A stretch of DNA of 63,049 bases, filler included, from Atractiella rhizophila (Eukaryota), in the NCBI GenBank assembly GCA_021432655.1. It is 4 parts of 4 records of this genome, joined end to end, with 100 filler letters (N's around TTAATTAATTAA, not from the genome) between each part and the next. Parts side by side here need not be neighbours in the genome. Positions count along the whole stretch, not along the records: positions 1 to 27,849 come from MU271741.1; 3 more parts are not named here. One strand, 5' to 3'. Shown piece by piece: positions 11,899 through 24,337 of the stretch; position 1 is the first letter of the stretch; each line of letters starts with the position of its first letter. A program made the translations under genes and the position numbers. The notes beneath the pieces were generated by a model, which searched no databases, was not told where the DNA came from, and saw only the letters and a program-made list of their open reading frames with translations.

Positions 11899-13629
11899 AT
11901 GTCATCAAAAAAGCTAGGCACGAGCCTTCTGCACGCAGATGACTCTCACGAAAGAGCAGAGGTCGCACCGTCGATCTCGTCTGTCCCTCTTCTCTTTCGC
12001 TGTGCTATCTCCCAGCTAACGAATAGCTCCAAGGCTATCAACGACCTTCCGTCACATTCCTTCAGCCGACAGCGAGCATGTACAATTTGACCCTGTAGAC
12101 CCAAAGACACACCTTTATGCTCGGTAGCGTCATCTTGTCCGTCTGGCTGCCGTGCCTTTAGTGTTTACTGTTTCGGCGAAGGTACTCGACCCCGATTCTT
12201 TATCGACTCGAAAAGGTTCTATCTGCCGCCATCGGAGGGCATACAATTGTCTACGGAAGTGGACTGAGCGCCGCGTTCGGAGTGTTAATGCACTATCAAC
12301 CAGTGAATTTCCCAATATTCGTCGTCGAAGTTAAACTGAGATTCGGGCGATAGGAAGTGATTGCCATTACGAAAGGGTACCATGGTGTGCATCTCGTTAT
12401 CGAGAAATATGTTCAGTTAAAAGGTCCGCAAAACGTGGTGGGTCCCGTTCTCTTTCTTTAACACGCCCAACATGTCGATAGTGAGTGTGCGGGAGAGATT
12501 AGAAGTTGATTGATCTCACGGAACCATTCACTCATCCGAAAACATTGGCGTGGGTAGAGACCCCCTTGAACCCAACAGGAGAGGTCCGAGACCTTACTTT
12601 CTGTTTGTCAGCTCTACTTTATGCGAGTTATTCAAACTGACGGTTGGAACTATGGAATAAACGTATTGCAGATCGAAATAAACTCCCTACAGAAGGAATC
12701 CTGGTAGTTGATTCCACCTTAGCGCCTCCCCCTCTGTCCGATCCCTTCAAATGGGGAGCAGATGTAATCATGCACAGCGGAACAAAATATTTTGTGCGGC
12801 TTTAACATTCCTCCGCTCTTATCAGCTTCTTACCCCACTATGAAAAGGGAGGTCATTCGGACGCTCTTATGGGCACGCTCTCTGTCAGGTCTCTCGAAAC
12901 CTGGAAATCGCTTTGGCACACACGTACCTACCTTGGACTGGTCCCAGGATCGATGGAACAATGGCTCGTCCTGCGCTCCTTGCGCACACTTCATTTGCGC
13001 GTCCCAAAACAGGCTGAGACCGGAACAAAGATCGCACAGTGGTTGAACGGAAGAAAGGAAATAGAAAAAGTTTGGCACGCCAGTTTGCAGGAAGGAGCGG
13101 ACGGATTGATCGGGAAAGGCAAACAATTAGAAGCTGGACCAGCCTGCTTTTCAATCTACGTATGCTCGCTTACTCTCTCTCCTGAGACGCAGAGACGGAG
13201 ATTGATCCTGGCTGATAGATGAAGGATAAAGATGCCGCCGCACGTCTGCCTTTCACTTTGAAACTCTTTACGGTGCGCCAATTTGTGTTTCTCCCGTTCC
13301 AGTTATTGCTGAATATTCACTTTAAAGCCGGCAACGTCCCTTGGTATGCTCACTTTTACCATGAGTCCGTATAAAGGCTGATTACATATTCTGCTTCCAT
13401 GGAATAACAGGAGGAGTGGAGAGTTTGATCGAACAACGTGCAATCTCTGATCCTACAGCAGACCCTCGCTTAGGTGCAATCATTTCTATCTAATTAGACC
13501 TCGCTGACACAATGATATTTGCACATAGTCCGTTTGTCGATTGGAGTGGAAGACTTTGAAGATTTGAGAGCAGACCTAGAGCAAGGTCTTGAGGCTGTCC
13601 ATAGCAGGAGCGGAAGAGCAAAGTTGTGA
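11899..13629 (+). CDS. Cys/Met-metabolism PLP-dependent lyase, copy 2 (C-terminal PTS1 -AKL)
   Basis: MSSKKLGTSLLHADD..., HSGTKYF|GGHSD and the same exon structure as copy 1 including a 16-nt micro-exon (13328-13343); ends SGRAKL-TGA. Confidence 0.9.
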
Positions 13630-13860
13630 ATGATCAGTGAGTGAAAGTACATCCATGTTCTGAGACTGATGAACAAAGACTGATTCGGTTTTAGAAGTTT
13701 CCCTACTCTAGAAAATGCTTCACAATATGAGCACTTCGTACAAAACTCGTGATACATCGTGTGGCAGCCGCTCTCAACGATAAATAGATACTTTGTATAA
13801 ATGAACAATGCGAGCTATTCATACAATCCATTGTGTACATTCTTGTCTAAGTCTAACGTA

Positions 13861-16118
13861 TCACCACTTAACCGCCAATCCATTAACTTCCTCATCCTCC
13901 ACAAGTCTATAAGAAGTGCTCAACCAACCCTTTCCTTCGTCCACCTCTCGCTTCACCCGTGTGGTCCATTCTCCAGCATTTGCCTTGGGTATCAATAACG
14001 GCAGGATAGTAGGATGGATGTCCCCATCCTCCACTCCATTGGGCATAAGCGTGACACTGTCGTCCCAATACGCTCGCTCGACCTGCTCAATCCAACTCTT
14101 TCCGGCGTCTACGACAGGCATCCCCTCTGCATCTTTCACAAGTTCACGCGGCGGAGGGATTTGCCCACCTCCGTTTACGCAACCTGATGGACAAGCCATC
14201 ACTTCGATGTAGTCGTATTCCTTCTCTTCTCCGACTTTCACAGCGGCGGAGTCGCGCACACGATTGATGCCACTACCATTTAGACGAGCACGCCGGCGTC
14301 CACCTCTCAGTGGGACCGCTGCGTCAGAGCTAGGAGAGCTTTTGGAGACCTTCCGAACCATATTCTGGAGGTTCTTGAATCCATAACACTTTGCCCCCTT
14401 GAATATTATTTGGTCCTTCTCGAACAGTAAATAGTCTTCAAAATCCCCACCTCCACGATTGTGCGCTACTTCAAGGCGGAGGTGAGGGATACGGGTGGGA
14501 GGAAGAGTGGAGAGGAATGCCTGAAGGGCATTCTGGAGGTAGGATCCGGAAGAGGTGCCACTTGAACTCGGCAAGGAGGGGAGTATCGAGGATTCTTCGT
14601 CGTCTTCGTTCGCAGTGAATGTATTTGAAAAGGAAGACAGCGAGAAGGAGCGCGATTGCATTAGTTTCTCTAGTTCGCCAGTTGTGAGAACACAGTCGAC
14701 CTGCCGCACCGGTTCTGCTGATGCTGCAGTCAAAGAGTCCGCTTGCTCAGTGGTGTGGAAGTCTGCTCTTGAGGCTTCCAGCTTCTTATCGAAGCACATC
14801 ATGATAGACACGTGATAAATGTTCTCCTTCCTATACACACAACATCAACTTCACAATATTGCAACAATCATAAAAGGAGACGAACGAGACGCCAATTTTC
14901 TTTGACAACCATCCTTCCTTGACCATCCACCCCATAACCGCCATCGGACTCTTTACCTTACTCAATCTCGGCAGTAACACGTCGGCGGACGATCTTGTTT
15001 TCTCAGCATAGCACACGAAGCCAGGACATGCGCTGGAGAGGATAGGGAGAGGAAGTTTGCTTGTAGATGCTTCGCTCGAGGCTGCCATCGAAGTTGGAAG
15101 GGAAGAAATGAGTTCTTCCGACGCTTGATCGAGGACAAGAGAATGAGCGAATGTGGTATCTAACACCAGCCTGAACCTCCATCAGCTGTCGTTATTTCAG
15201 AACGAGAGGTTGAAAAACAGACCGGAACCCGAGCACGCTCTTGAAGAAATGTCGTATGCCATGAAGCGTCTGCCGCTTTGAAATTTTGTGGTAAGCAGCT
15301 AAGGAGGCGAGGGATTGAGGCGAGATGGTGACGACAGGGACTAAGTTCTAGAAGAAATCTCAGCATGGGCGCGAGCGGAAGTAACGGGCTGACATACTGG
15401 ATTTGCTGACAGTGCGCGGAACACCTCTTCATGAGACTGCATGGAGACAAGGATGGATTCCGCTGAGGTTATGCAGCCACTGCGAGATAATAAAGGTTAG
15501 TCAGATGAACTCAGTCTAAGAAAGATACTGTAATGGAGTGAAGGGTTTCACATCCAAGGTGTAGGAAGGAGGACGTCGTTCAGACACTGTTGTGATGAAA
15601 GACTCTTGTAGTTCTGCACATCCAGACCAAGCTCTAAGGCATCAAACATCACGAGTAACTTGCACCTATTTTGAATCGAATCAAAAGGTGCAAGGTAGAA
15701 TGAATCAGCACGCAATTGCCATTACGTATCAGTATTCTTACAAAGAGCAGAACTTTTTTTCTGCGACAAAACTGATCATCTTCATATGTACCAAAACTCG
15801 AATGATACATAAGTGTCAACTAAGCATAATACAGCTATCGACTTCACTCTCACTCGATATCGCTAGCCTTTGGCTGCTACCAATTTTCTGCACTTCAACA
15901 AAGAAGACATACCTGCAAGCCAAACAATCGCTTAAACTGATTTCAGCTTTCTTCAGCTCCCCGACATCCTCCTCGACCCCAATCTGCACTTCTCCTGCCA
16001 AATTTGATGTCGCTTGCCCCTTCTTCACTGTTTGTACTGGCTTGATGCATACAGCTGAGGGAGTGAGGTAGTCAGATAGATCATTGACAGAGAGAAGGGG
16101 AGAAAAGTTGGAGGCCAT
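13861..16118 (-). CDS. NAR1: Cytosolic Fe-S cluster assembly factor Nar1 ([FeFe]-hydrogenase-like)
   Basis: DYLTPSAVCIKP, ISLSDCLAC|SGCITSAE, SSACPGFVCYAEK, IMMCFDKKLEASR, YGFKNLQN, IEVMACPSGCVNGGGQ and terminal W. Confidence 0.93.
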
Positions 16119-16488
16119 CGTTTGCCTATTTGCTCGTGCTGGCTGTGGCCCTGTGGTTGTGATTTTCGAGGTTGATGATTGGTGGCAATCGTCGCAATCG
16201 TGACTCTGCTACCAAACTTTATCGGCGTGATTTTGTCACTGCGCAGCATGACTGATCAACTTGATCAACTTATCCTTATCTCAAAGAGGACGCAAGGATG
16301 CAGACTCGGAGGCAGAACTACTCAGAAAAGAAGCTTAGCGCATGTATCCTATCCATAAACATAGGCAGTAATGATACGGAAACCAGCAGTTTGTGTTGAC
16401 TAAAGACAAGCACAGAGATAAGCACCCAAGTCCACAATACGTATACTTTTGAGAAGCCGACGATATCCTTTAGTTATCCAAGAACCCA

Positions 16489-19400
16489 TCAATCAGTTTT
16501 GACCTTAGCCATCCCACTAATACCCATCCCCTTCAAATCTCCTCCGCTCCGACTCCTGCTCCGACTGAACCTGCGCCGTCTTCCGCTTTCTGAACTCCCT
16601 CTGCTTGTTGAATTTCTGGGTACATAAGAATCGAGAACGTTCTGTCATCACACAAACAGGTCCCATCAGCCTTACATTGCGGAAATCACAGAAGCGGAAA
16701 GAAACTCACGATAGCCTCGTCATAGTCCGCCATCTCCCCCTCGCTTGCTTCACTGTGCTCCCCATCCGCTCCGTTCAACCTCTTCTCTCCACTGCCACTC
16801 CCGCTCGACCACCCGAAGATCCTATCATCCATCCAACTCATAGGGTTCCGTAACGGGTTCTTTTCGTCGCTCCTTCCCCTCCCCTCAGGATTCGAGGTGG
16901 GAGGATGATAAAGCCGCATCTTCTCGAAATTGTCAAACACTGTCGGTCCAAGTGTGGTGATGATCTCATTCACTTCAAACTGGAGCGCACGTCGCATTTC
17001 TCGGAGTTTTTGCAGGCGTGAGGAATTGCCAGGCATCAGAGAAACAGTGAGCGGTGCCAAGGATCTGATTATGAGGTAGGATCAGCGTAGTTCATCAAAG
17101 AGAGGACAACATACTTATAAATGTCCATCCCAACTTCTCCAAATTTCAATGCAGAGTATCCCACGGTCGGGAGCGCCAGAATGGTAAGAATTGGAGTCCA
17201 AATCTTCCACCTCAGCGGCCAGTTGTACCTGAACGCGATATACGTGGCAATTGCGACGTAGGTTCCATAGAGAGGAGGGGCGATACCCAGTGAAACAAGC
17301 ACTTTCCAGGTCGCAAGAACATCGCGGCCTTCTAACTTGACAGTTGATGCGGCTAGTGCCTCTGTACACAGCAAAGGTCGTCAGGAGTGGTACGGGTGCG
17401 GAGGGAGTGACGAACCCTTTGCTTTGCGATGGCTAATCACCTTCGCTGCGATGAACATGGGTGCGTTAAGCACAACTCCGGGTAATGCGAGGACACCCCA
17501 GACGGTTAAAAGACCAGTACGATAGAGGAGGAGGACAAGGGATTTCCACGCTGGTCGGTTCGCGCTCTCCACCTGAAATCATGCGGGTCATCAGACCCAG
17601 AATGCGACACAACTCGAGCAACAGACCTGATGATCCTTCAAGCCCATATACGCCAGCTCTTTGTTGTACCGCTGAACATCAGCCAGCGCTTTTTTAACCC
17701 GGGGATGGTCTTTGTACACTTCGTAGCCAGTGATAAAACGTCGATTCAAGTCTACTACTTGCCCTAGTGTTGGGTGCTGTCCAGGTGGCACGTAAAGTCT
17801 GCGAGTAGCTTGTATCAACTATTTCCCTCCGGTCAGTATGCTGCTGCTACCCTCGTTACGGGGTGCTGGAAAAGATGTACCATCAAAGTTTCATAGTCGT
17901 CTGCCCTAACTGTCACGCTCTTCAAGCCATTGAGGACGAGATCCATAACGCCGCCAGTCGCCTTGCGCTTCTCGTCGCCTCCGGCCTTGTAACCATTGAC
18001 AAGTTCTGCAGGAATCTCAATGGGATGTCCAAATTCGACAACCGCTCTCGAACGGAATTTATGAGGATGAAAGTAGGACAGGCCGACCGGCACGATCTTT
18101 ACGTTGAGGCCTTCATTATTGGCCATCGCCCCAAGCGCCATGAGGGAAACGCCAGCTTTGAGGGGGAGGAGGTCCGTGCGGTCGTGCGATCCGCCTGTTG
18201 ACGTCGCGTTAGCGTGCAAGGCGGAAAGAGATGGTGAAGCAGAAACGAACCTTCAGGAAAGATGCCGATCGAGCCTCCTTCTTTAAGCTGCTTGTAGACT
18301 TGCCCGTACATCTGCGACTGGTCAATATGGGGAAGGATTTTGTAAGCCAAGCCCTTTCCCTCTTCCTCCGCTTCTAATCTGCACGACTGTGAGCTTGCAC
18401 AATCCACAGAGTAGAAGGCAACTTACAAAGCCTGTTTTGGTTTCGAAGAAAATTCCTTCTTGACCTTCACACGTTCGTCGTCCAGCACCTCCACAACTTC
18501 AACTTGAGGGAATCCGTACTCTTTTCCTAGCATGATCTGTTTCTTGGGCTGTAGAGAATCCGTGAATTTTGTCCCACGGCCATAGATTATCGTTCCTTCA
18601 TCCGACGATTTCATGTACAACGTTCCAGCACCCTTCACTGCATTGTCGGCTGCCCTCGCAACAGGAACTGTAAGATAAGAAACACGTTAGTGGTGCCCTT
18701 GAGAATAGAAATCAAAAGGAGAAAGCGAGTACCAATCAGATCTCTGTTCGACGATCTTCTTGCTCCAAACCGTACAGAACGGTTTCGTGTGAAACCAGAG
18801 CTGACGGATTTGGGGTCAGCGATGATAATCCATAGTGAATGGTGTTTCGTCATCGGTGCTCGTTAGGATTGGGGTCTAAGCTAGAAAGAGAAGGCGGCAG
18901 CGCCGACAATTCAACGGGTGTCGCTGCAAGTTCGCGAAAGAACAACTTGATTTAATCCCATGTTTTCTTCCTCCAGGGGAGAAGCTCAACGATATCTCTT
19001 CGAATGTATGAAAGTCATTCTCGAGAACCTCTCCGGTATCTCCATCCAAAATTGTGGGACAAGTACGACCGTGCAATTGCAAGGTAGCATTGTTCACCAC
19101 AAGTATCAGCTACGAAAATGGAACAGGATTGGTCGCGAAAATGCAGAAAGAAAAATAAAATATAACATAGATGGACGCAGGACAGGGGAATCCCGTTGTT
19201 GAGCTCCCCAACCACTCTACACTGCACAATGTCCATCCCATCTCTCAATCCAAACGGACAATCAAGACACATACTGCTCTTAAAGATGCTGGCTCCAAGT
19301 CCTATAAACTGCCTCTTCATGCTATGCTCAGCAACCAAAAAGCTGACTCTCCTGCCCGAAGCCTCTCTGACCACCAAAGCGAGGATCAAGTCGAGGAACT

Positions 19401-19569
19401 GATTGGCATGCGGGCCGGCCGCAAAGATGATGGGACCTTCTTTGGGGATGTTGTGCGCGCCCCTCGTCCTCACTTCTCGAAAGAAGACGTGGACGATGAG
19501 ACCAAATGCACCGAGAGAGAGGTCGTACATCACGTTGGACGCGAGCACGCTGGAGGAGAGAGAGGCCAT
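16489..19569 (-). CDS. SCT1: Glycerol-3-phosphate/DHAP sn-1 acyltransferase (fungal GPAT), proximal first-exon isoform
   Basis: FFREVRTRGAHNIP...GPHANQFLD, RRVSFLVAEHS, IGIFPEG|GSHDRTDLLPLKAGV, YFHPHKFRSRAVVEFG, LKFGEVGMDI; last exon ends AKVKTD-stop at 16489. Confidence 0.9.
18728..18860 (-). ncRNA. Candidate intronic box C/D snoRNA-like RNA
   Basis: Minus strand reads agcaccg-ATGACGA (C-like)...CTGA (D')...internal hairpins...CTGA (D)-ttggtact, with a near-complementary terminal stem, about 60 nt upstream of the 3' splice site of a long GPAT intron. No target identified. Confidence 0.4.
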
Positions 19570-20150
19570 GGTGCAGGATTGTAAGGTGAGATAGGATGGT
19601 GTGCTCTTGTCCTTCCACCAGGATCCCAGTCCAATATCCCACCCAACCCCAACAAGGTGCGCAATATCACAGAAGAACTAGAAATTAAGATTTAAGGACA
19701 ACACTACAGACGTCATAACAGCATAACCTTAACCTCGCCAGATAAGCTGTTAACCTCCTTCCAGCTCCATAGATGCCAAACTAATCAATGCAAAGTGTTG
19801 TCACACAGATTAACCGCGAAACATCACAGTGTTCGTTTCCCAACGCTGTCAGTTGACATGTAATGTACATTGATTTGCCCTTGGTACATGAATCCCAAGG
19901 CCAATCCCGTTCCAGTCATGCAACCACAGCCATCCAAGCGCGGCAAAGACGGCAAAAGAGGACATGAAAGTTTCGCCGTAACGAATGGAATAAACTGTAA
20001 AAGTCGGCCAAAGACTATATCAGTTGCACAACCTCTAAGCTATTTGTGTTGTGCGCTTTGTTGCGGGAGCATTGAATCAACCAAAAGAAGCTCAAGCTCA
20101 CAATCTCACATCCCCAATTCCCATGGACATATAAAGAAGAATGTACGTAC

Positions 20151-20628
20151 TACTCTTCAACAACATGGACATGGTTCCCACGAATGCCCTCTTCCAGCTC
20201 TTTTCCGCAATCAAAAAGCTAACTCTCCTCCCCGACCTCTCCCTCACCACACTAGCGAGGATAAGCGGGTCCAAGAACTGATTATGATGCGGCCCGGCGC
20301 AGAAAATGGTCGGTCCATCAGTTGGGATATTGTGTGAGCCTCTCGATCGGACTTCGCGGAAGAAGAGGTGGACGATGAGCTGGAGGAGGGAGATGGCGAG
20401 GTCGTACAGTATGTTTGAGGCGAGGAGGCCTTGGGAGCGTAGCATGGTTGCGAGGAGGTAGAGCAAGCGGGAGCGGAGGGAGGCGAGGAAGGGATGCCGT
20501 AGGAGTTTGCGGAGGGGAGAGGGCAAGAGGGAGCTGAAGCGGTGGAGGATGGGCCGTAAGTCCCCCGACTCAGGCAAGGAAGTGTCAGGCGACGGAGGAA
20601 GAAGCAGAAATGAGAGAACCGATGACAT
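20151..20628 (-). CDS. Duplicated distal alternative first exon of the GPAT gene
   Basis: Encodes LASNILYDL...FFREVRSRGSHNIP...GPHHNQFLDP...RRVSFLIAEKS, paralogous to 19275-19569; ends at a phase-1 donor A|GTACGT at the same protein position. Confidence 0.75.
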
Positions 20629-21965
20629 TTTGACTGGAGGATCAGAGGAGAACTAGAGACTACAGCTTTACTCAATTTATTTTTGCTCTTTTTCACAATC
20701 AGGCACTTGAGGCGGCCCGCCTGAGCTGAACGGTGAAAACATTCAGAAAACATTGAATTCTGGAGCAGATGTGAAGCTGATGAAGCACCGGCAGAGAAGC
20801 GCACGAATATTGAATCTTTGATTGCGTGTGCTCCTTTTTGTGGGATGTTGCTAACGACCGCACACGCAATCAAAGTTACCGTCGAATTCAATCGCACAGA
20901 ATCGGAGCGTCGAGCTTCTTCAAATCGAGAAGCTTTGGGTTCTAGTCTAAATTGTAACGTCAGGACAGATACCTCCTGCTTTTCCTCTGGCCATGTCCAT
21001 GACCGAACGGCGCAAGTTGGAGTGAAAGGGGGATGATTTGAAAACGGTAAGTTTACGATCTCTTGCCACCCCCTGAGTAGCTCCAGCTGCAACAAGAAGG
21101 TTACTCTAACGGTTTCTGCTCAAGCGCTCAAGGAGCTTGCCGCATCTTAGACTTCACTGATGACTTTTCTGCTTTGATACAAACGCTTACTCGTGCTGAA
21201 CTCCTGTTGTGTATTCAAAGCTTGTCCTGAAGTTAAGTTCACCACAATCAGATGTGTCCTCAACATCAGTGAGGCTCTGACTGGCCTGTTTACTTGAGAT
21301 TGCTCAAAACTTTGCGACCACACATTCAGCATGAAATACAAAGGTGTTTCTATGATTTGTCGAATATGTGGGCGTCGACACTTTGTAGCAAAATTGAAGA
21401 AGAAACTTTTGTTAGAACAGAACATGCAGGCTGCCCCGCCGCCCCTTTGTTTCTGCGTTGTTTGGTAGCAGGAATGAGGACAGACGGCGACCCAGTGGAC
21501 ACAACATTCAACGCCTTAGGCTTTGTTTTAATTGTCAAAAGATTTACCAAAGGCGATTCTAGTATGCCTGGCGATCTGCTGTTCATGTTTTCAATGCTGT
21601 CTGTGAGGTGTTTATTACGTGGAACAAGCCCCGACATTCTTCAGAGTCGCAATCTTAACTATCGCACGCTCCTTGCATTCTTCCAGGAGGTTTTTGAAGT
21701 GTGCAATTTCGTGACACACGTCATTTTCAAAACCGGCCATGATTTTCTTCAAGATCTTCCAGTCTTGACACTTTCATCCCATTCGTAGCCGCTCCCGCGT
21801 TGTCAAATGTATTTCATGTCTTTGTGCTATTCAATATTCAAGGTAGAAATACTGGTCATGAAATTTCAATGTTGGTTTGGATGCTCGTCCAAAGGATACC
21901 CTTTTGTGAACGAAAGAGACGATCTGAAAGACACAATTTTGTCAAATTTATTGCAAGGTTTCTAT

Positions 21966-23546
21966 TTAACCACCCAAGTAAAAGTATGGTCTCTCATAAT
22001 CATCCAAATTATTACCACCGAGTTCGCCAGCTCTTACTGCAGCCGTTTGTACGTCCAAGTTGGTCCATTCGCCATAAAAGAGGTGAACCCAAACCATCGC
22101 CTCTCTAGGCAAAAGCCGTTCAATGAGAGGTATGAAGCCATCGAATTCCAACGAACAGAAGCGGAGCTCGAGTTCCTTCAAATTCACCAAGCGGAGGAGC
22201 ACCGGTGTTTGAAATGTATCGATGGGGAGGACGCCGCTGTTTTCATGTCCTCCTTCGATGACTACATCTGTGAGATTGGGAAAGACTGAGAGATTGAGTG
22301 GGCGGGAGAGGATGAGAGTGTGCCGAAATTCAAAGCGACCTATTTTGTTGGATGGATCGGAGAAGCGGAAGACGAAGTTGGTGATAGTTGGATGTCGCGA
22401 ATGCGCCGCCAGGTCAAAAGGCAAACAATTTTCAAGCGTGAGATCTTTAAGATTCGGAGCGTCCAATAAGGAGGCGATGATGGGCGTGATGTAAAGGTTG
22501 CTCAAGACGAGGAGAGTGAGTTCGGATGGTCCAGGTCTGAAAGTCGGCACGGCATTGATTTCCTGTCGTAATATCAGCGCTCGATCAGTGCTTGTCAGAT
22601 GAAGTGTCTCGAAAGTGTCCCACGATTTAGTGTTCCGTAAAAAGCTCTCTAGGATCGTTTGAGGCCAATTGGAAAGTCCAGGGCGACTAATGGTGCTCAA
22701 TCCTTCCAACAAACCAAGGGCTTCTTGTTGTCTGAAGGAAGAAGGACAGTCAAGTTCGATCTCTGTGACTGCTGGTTGGAAAGCCAGAGTTGCATAGACG
22801 AGACGTTGGAAATCCACTCCAGCTTCTACATCTTCAAATAAAAAGTTGAGTTGATTCCAACATTTCATGATTTGAGGAAACGAGGTCAGATGCCTTAACT
22901 TGAGCTGGCCATTGGAAGGTTCGACCATCAATATCAGCGCACGTTCCTTCCACGCAGAGCAAGTCGTGGTACAAAGTTCGTATCCCTCTTCATGCTCTAG
23001 TACCGATTCGAGGATCTTGTCCAAAGTTTCAAGTGGTAATCTGTCAAAAAGGGGTTCTGATGTTTTCGTGGAAAGTTGAAAGATAGCAGAAGTCCTCCAT
23101 CCGGAGGGGATGAAAGCAAAATCGTCAGGATCAATGGATAGAGCTCCAGATGTACGCGTGACGCTGACTTGGAAAGTACGAACCACTTGATGTTGAAGCT
23201 GAGAATCAGCGATGAAGACTTTGAGTGGGTCAAGTATCACCACGTCTGTCGTCCGTTTCTGCTCCTTATATCCTGCGTAGTAGATATGGAGGGAAGATGC
23301 ATGAGTTGACACATCAACCACATGTTGTCGTTCGCACTCTCCATCCCAATCTGAAGCCAAGAGGTGTAGATATATCTTTTCTACGGAGGTGGATAGAGCA
23401 AAGGACTCGGTCCAGCTCAGAACGACTTGTTCGTAAGGAGACTCTGAAAGCGGATGTCGCTCTGCAGTGTGTAAGTCGACGTCGTCGTCTCGGTCGTATT
23501 GATAGAAATGGAAAATTGGCACTCCTTCGTGCTGATTTGACTCCAT
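21966..23546 (-). CDS. Intronless 526-aa protein with internal F-box-like motif and LRR-like C-terminus
   Basis: Long uninterrupted ORF; LFDRLPLETLDKILESV resembles an F-box; LxxLxL repeats (PNLKDLTLE, NLKELELR). Confidence 0.6.
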   Translation of the reverse strand: MESNQHEGVPIFHFYQYDRDDDVDLHTAERHPLSESPYEQVVLSWTESFALSTSVEKIYLHLLASDWDGECERQHVVDVSTHASSLHIYYAGYKEQKRTTDVVILDPLKVFIADSQLQHQVVRTFQVSVTRTSGALSIDPDDFAFIPSGWRTSAIFQLSTKTSEPLFDRLPLETLDKILESVLEHEEGYELCTTTCSAWKERALILMVEPSNGQLKLRHLTSFPQIMKCWNQLNFLFEDVEAGVDFQRLVYATLAFQPAVTEIELDCPSSFRQQEALGLLEGLSTISRPGLSNWPQTILESFLRNTKSWDTFETLHLTSTDRALILRQEINAVPTFRPGPSELTLLVLSNLYITPIIASLLDAPNLKDLTLENCLPFDLAAHSRHPTITNFVFRFSDPSNKIGRFEFRHTLILSRPLNLSVFPNLTDVVIEGGHENSGVLPIDTFQTPVLLRLVNLKELELRFCSLEFDGFIPLIERLLPREAMVWVHLFYGEWTNLDVQTAAVRAGELGGNNLDDYERPYFYLGG

Positions 23547-24337
23547 GTCTAGAGTCGGGAGCTAAGTCACCGTGTTAGGTTCTCTCGTAAGCATGCTACG
23601 TATTTATCGTGCTCATCGCATTACTGATTCACTTGTCATACTTGACAGGTCTGTAAATTGCTGAATTCAACAGCTCTCACAGCTGAAAGAGAACTCAGAA
23701 ACTATGTTGGATTTGTTTGGATGAATTGCAGACAGACGTGCAGCTGATGTCTAGTTTGAAATCATTGACGGCTTTATATCTTTTGCTAGACTATTCGAAA
23801 GAATTGGAACATGCATCACAAATGACACTTCCCAACACTAAATTAAAGTGTGAAAATCTCAAGCCTTATAGACCTTTCGCCGTGAAAATGGTTCGAACAG
23901 TTGACCTATCCAAGCACAGAAAGAAAGGCTCACAAGATAATACCCTCTGAAAATTGCGCACGCTGTTAAGCTCACAGAGAGAATGCAATAACGATCTTAC
24001 GAACGATGCGGGTCTGCTTCAGTTCTGCTGGAGGAAACAGATTTATTATGAGACTGCAACGGCTTTGTTAGTCCTCTCTAGTTATTCCATCACTATTCCG
24101 ACACTAAGTGTAACCCGACGGAACCAACAAAGACCTGAAATCGATTGCGTTGACCTGCACTCGCACTTCTCACTCAGCCTCTATCACACGGCAGTCTTTA
24201 CTTCTTTGTCACGCTAAGACACAGCTTCCCGCTCGCACATTCGCAGCTCGCAACCCGGCCAGCGGACAGCATCCGAGGGACCGTCCGCTCATAACTTACT
24301 GTAGCTCTGGAGGCGAGGCGCACTCGCGGTCGCGAAC

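Noticed and set aside
20244..21095. 283-aa minus-strand ORF overlapping the distal GPAT exon
   Set aside because: Non-ATG start, alternative frame of a real exon plus promoter sequence, and no domain-like character.
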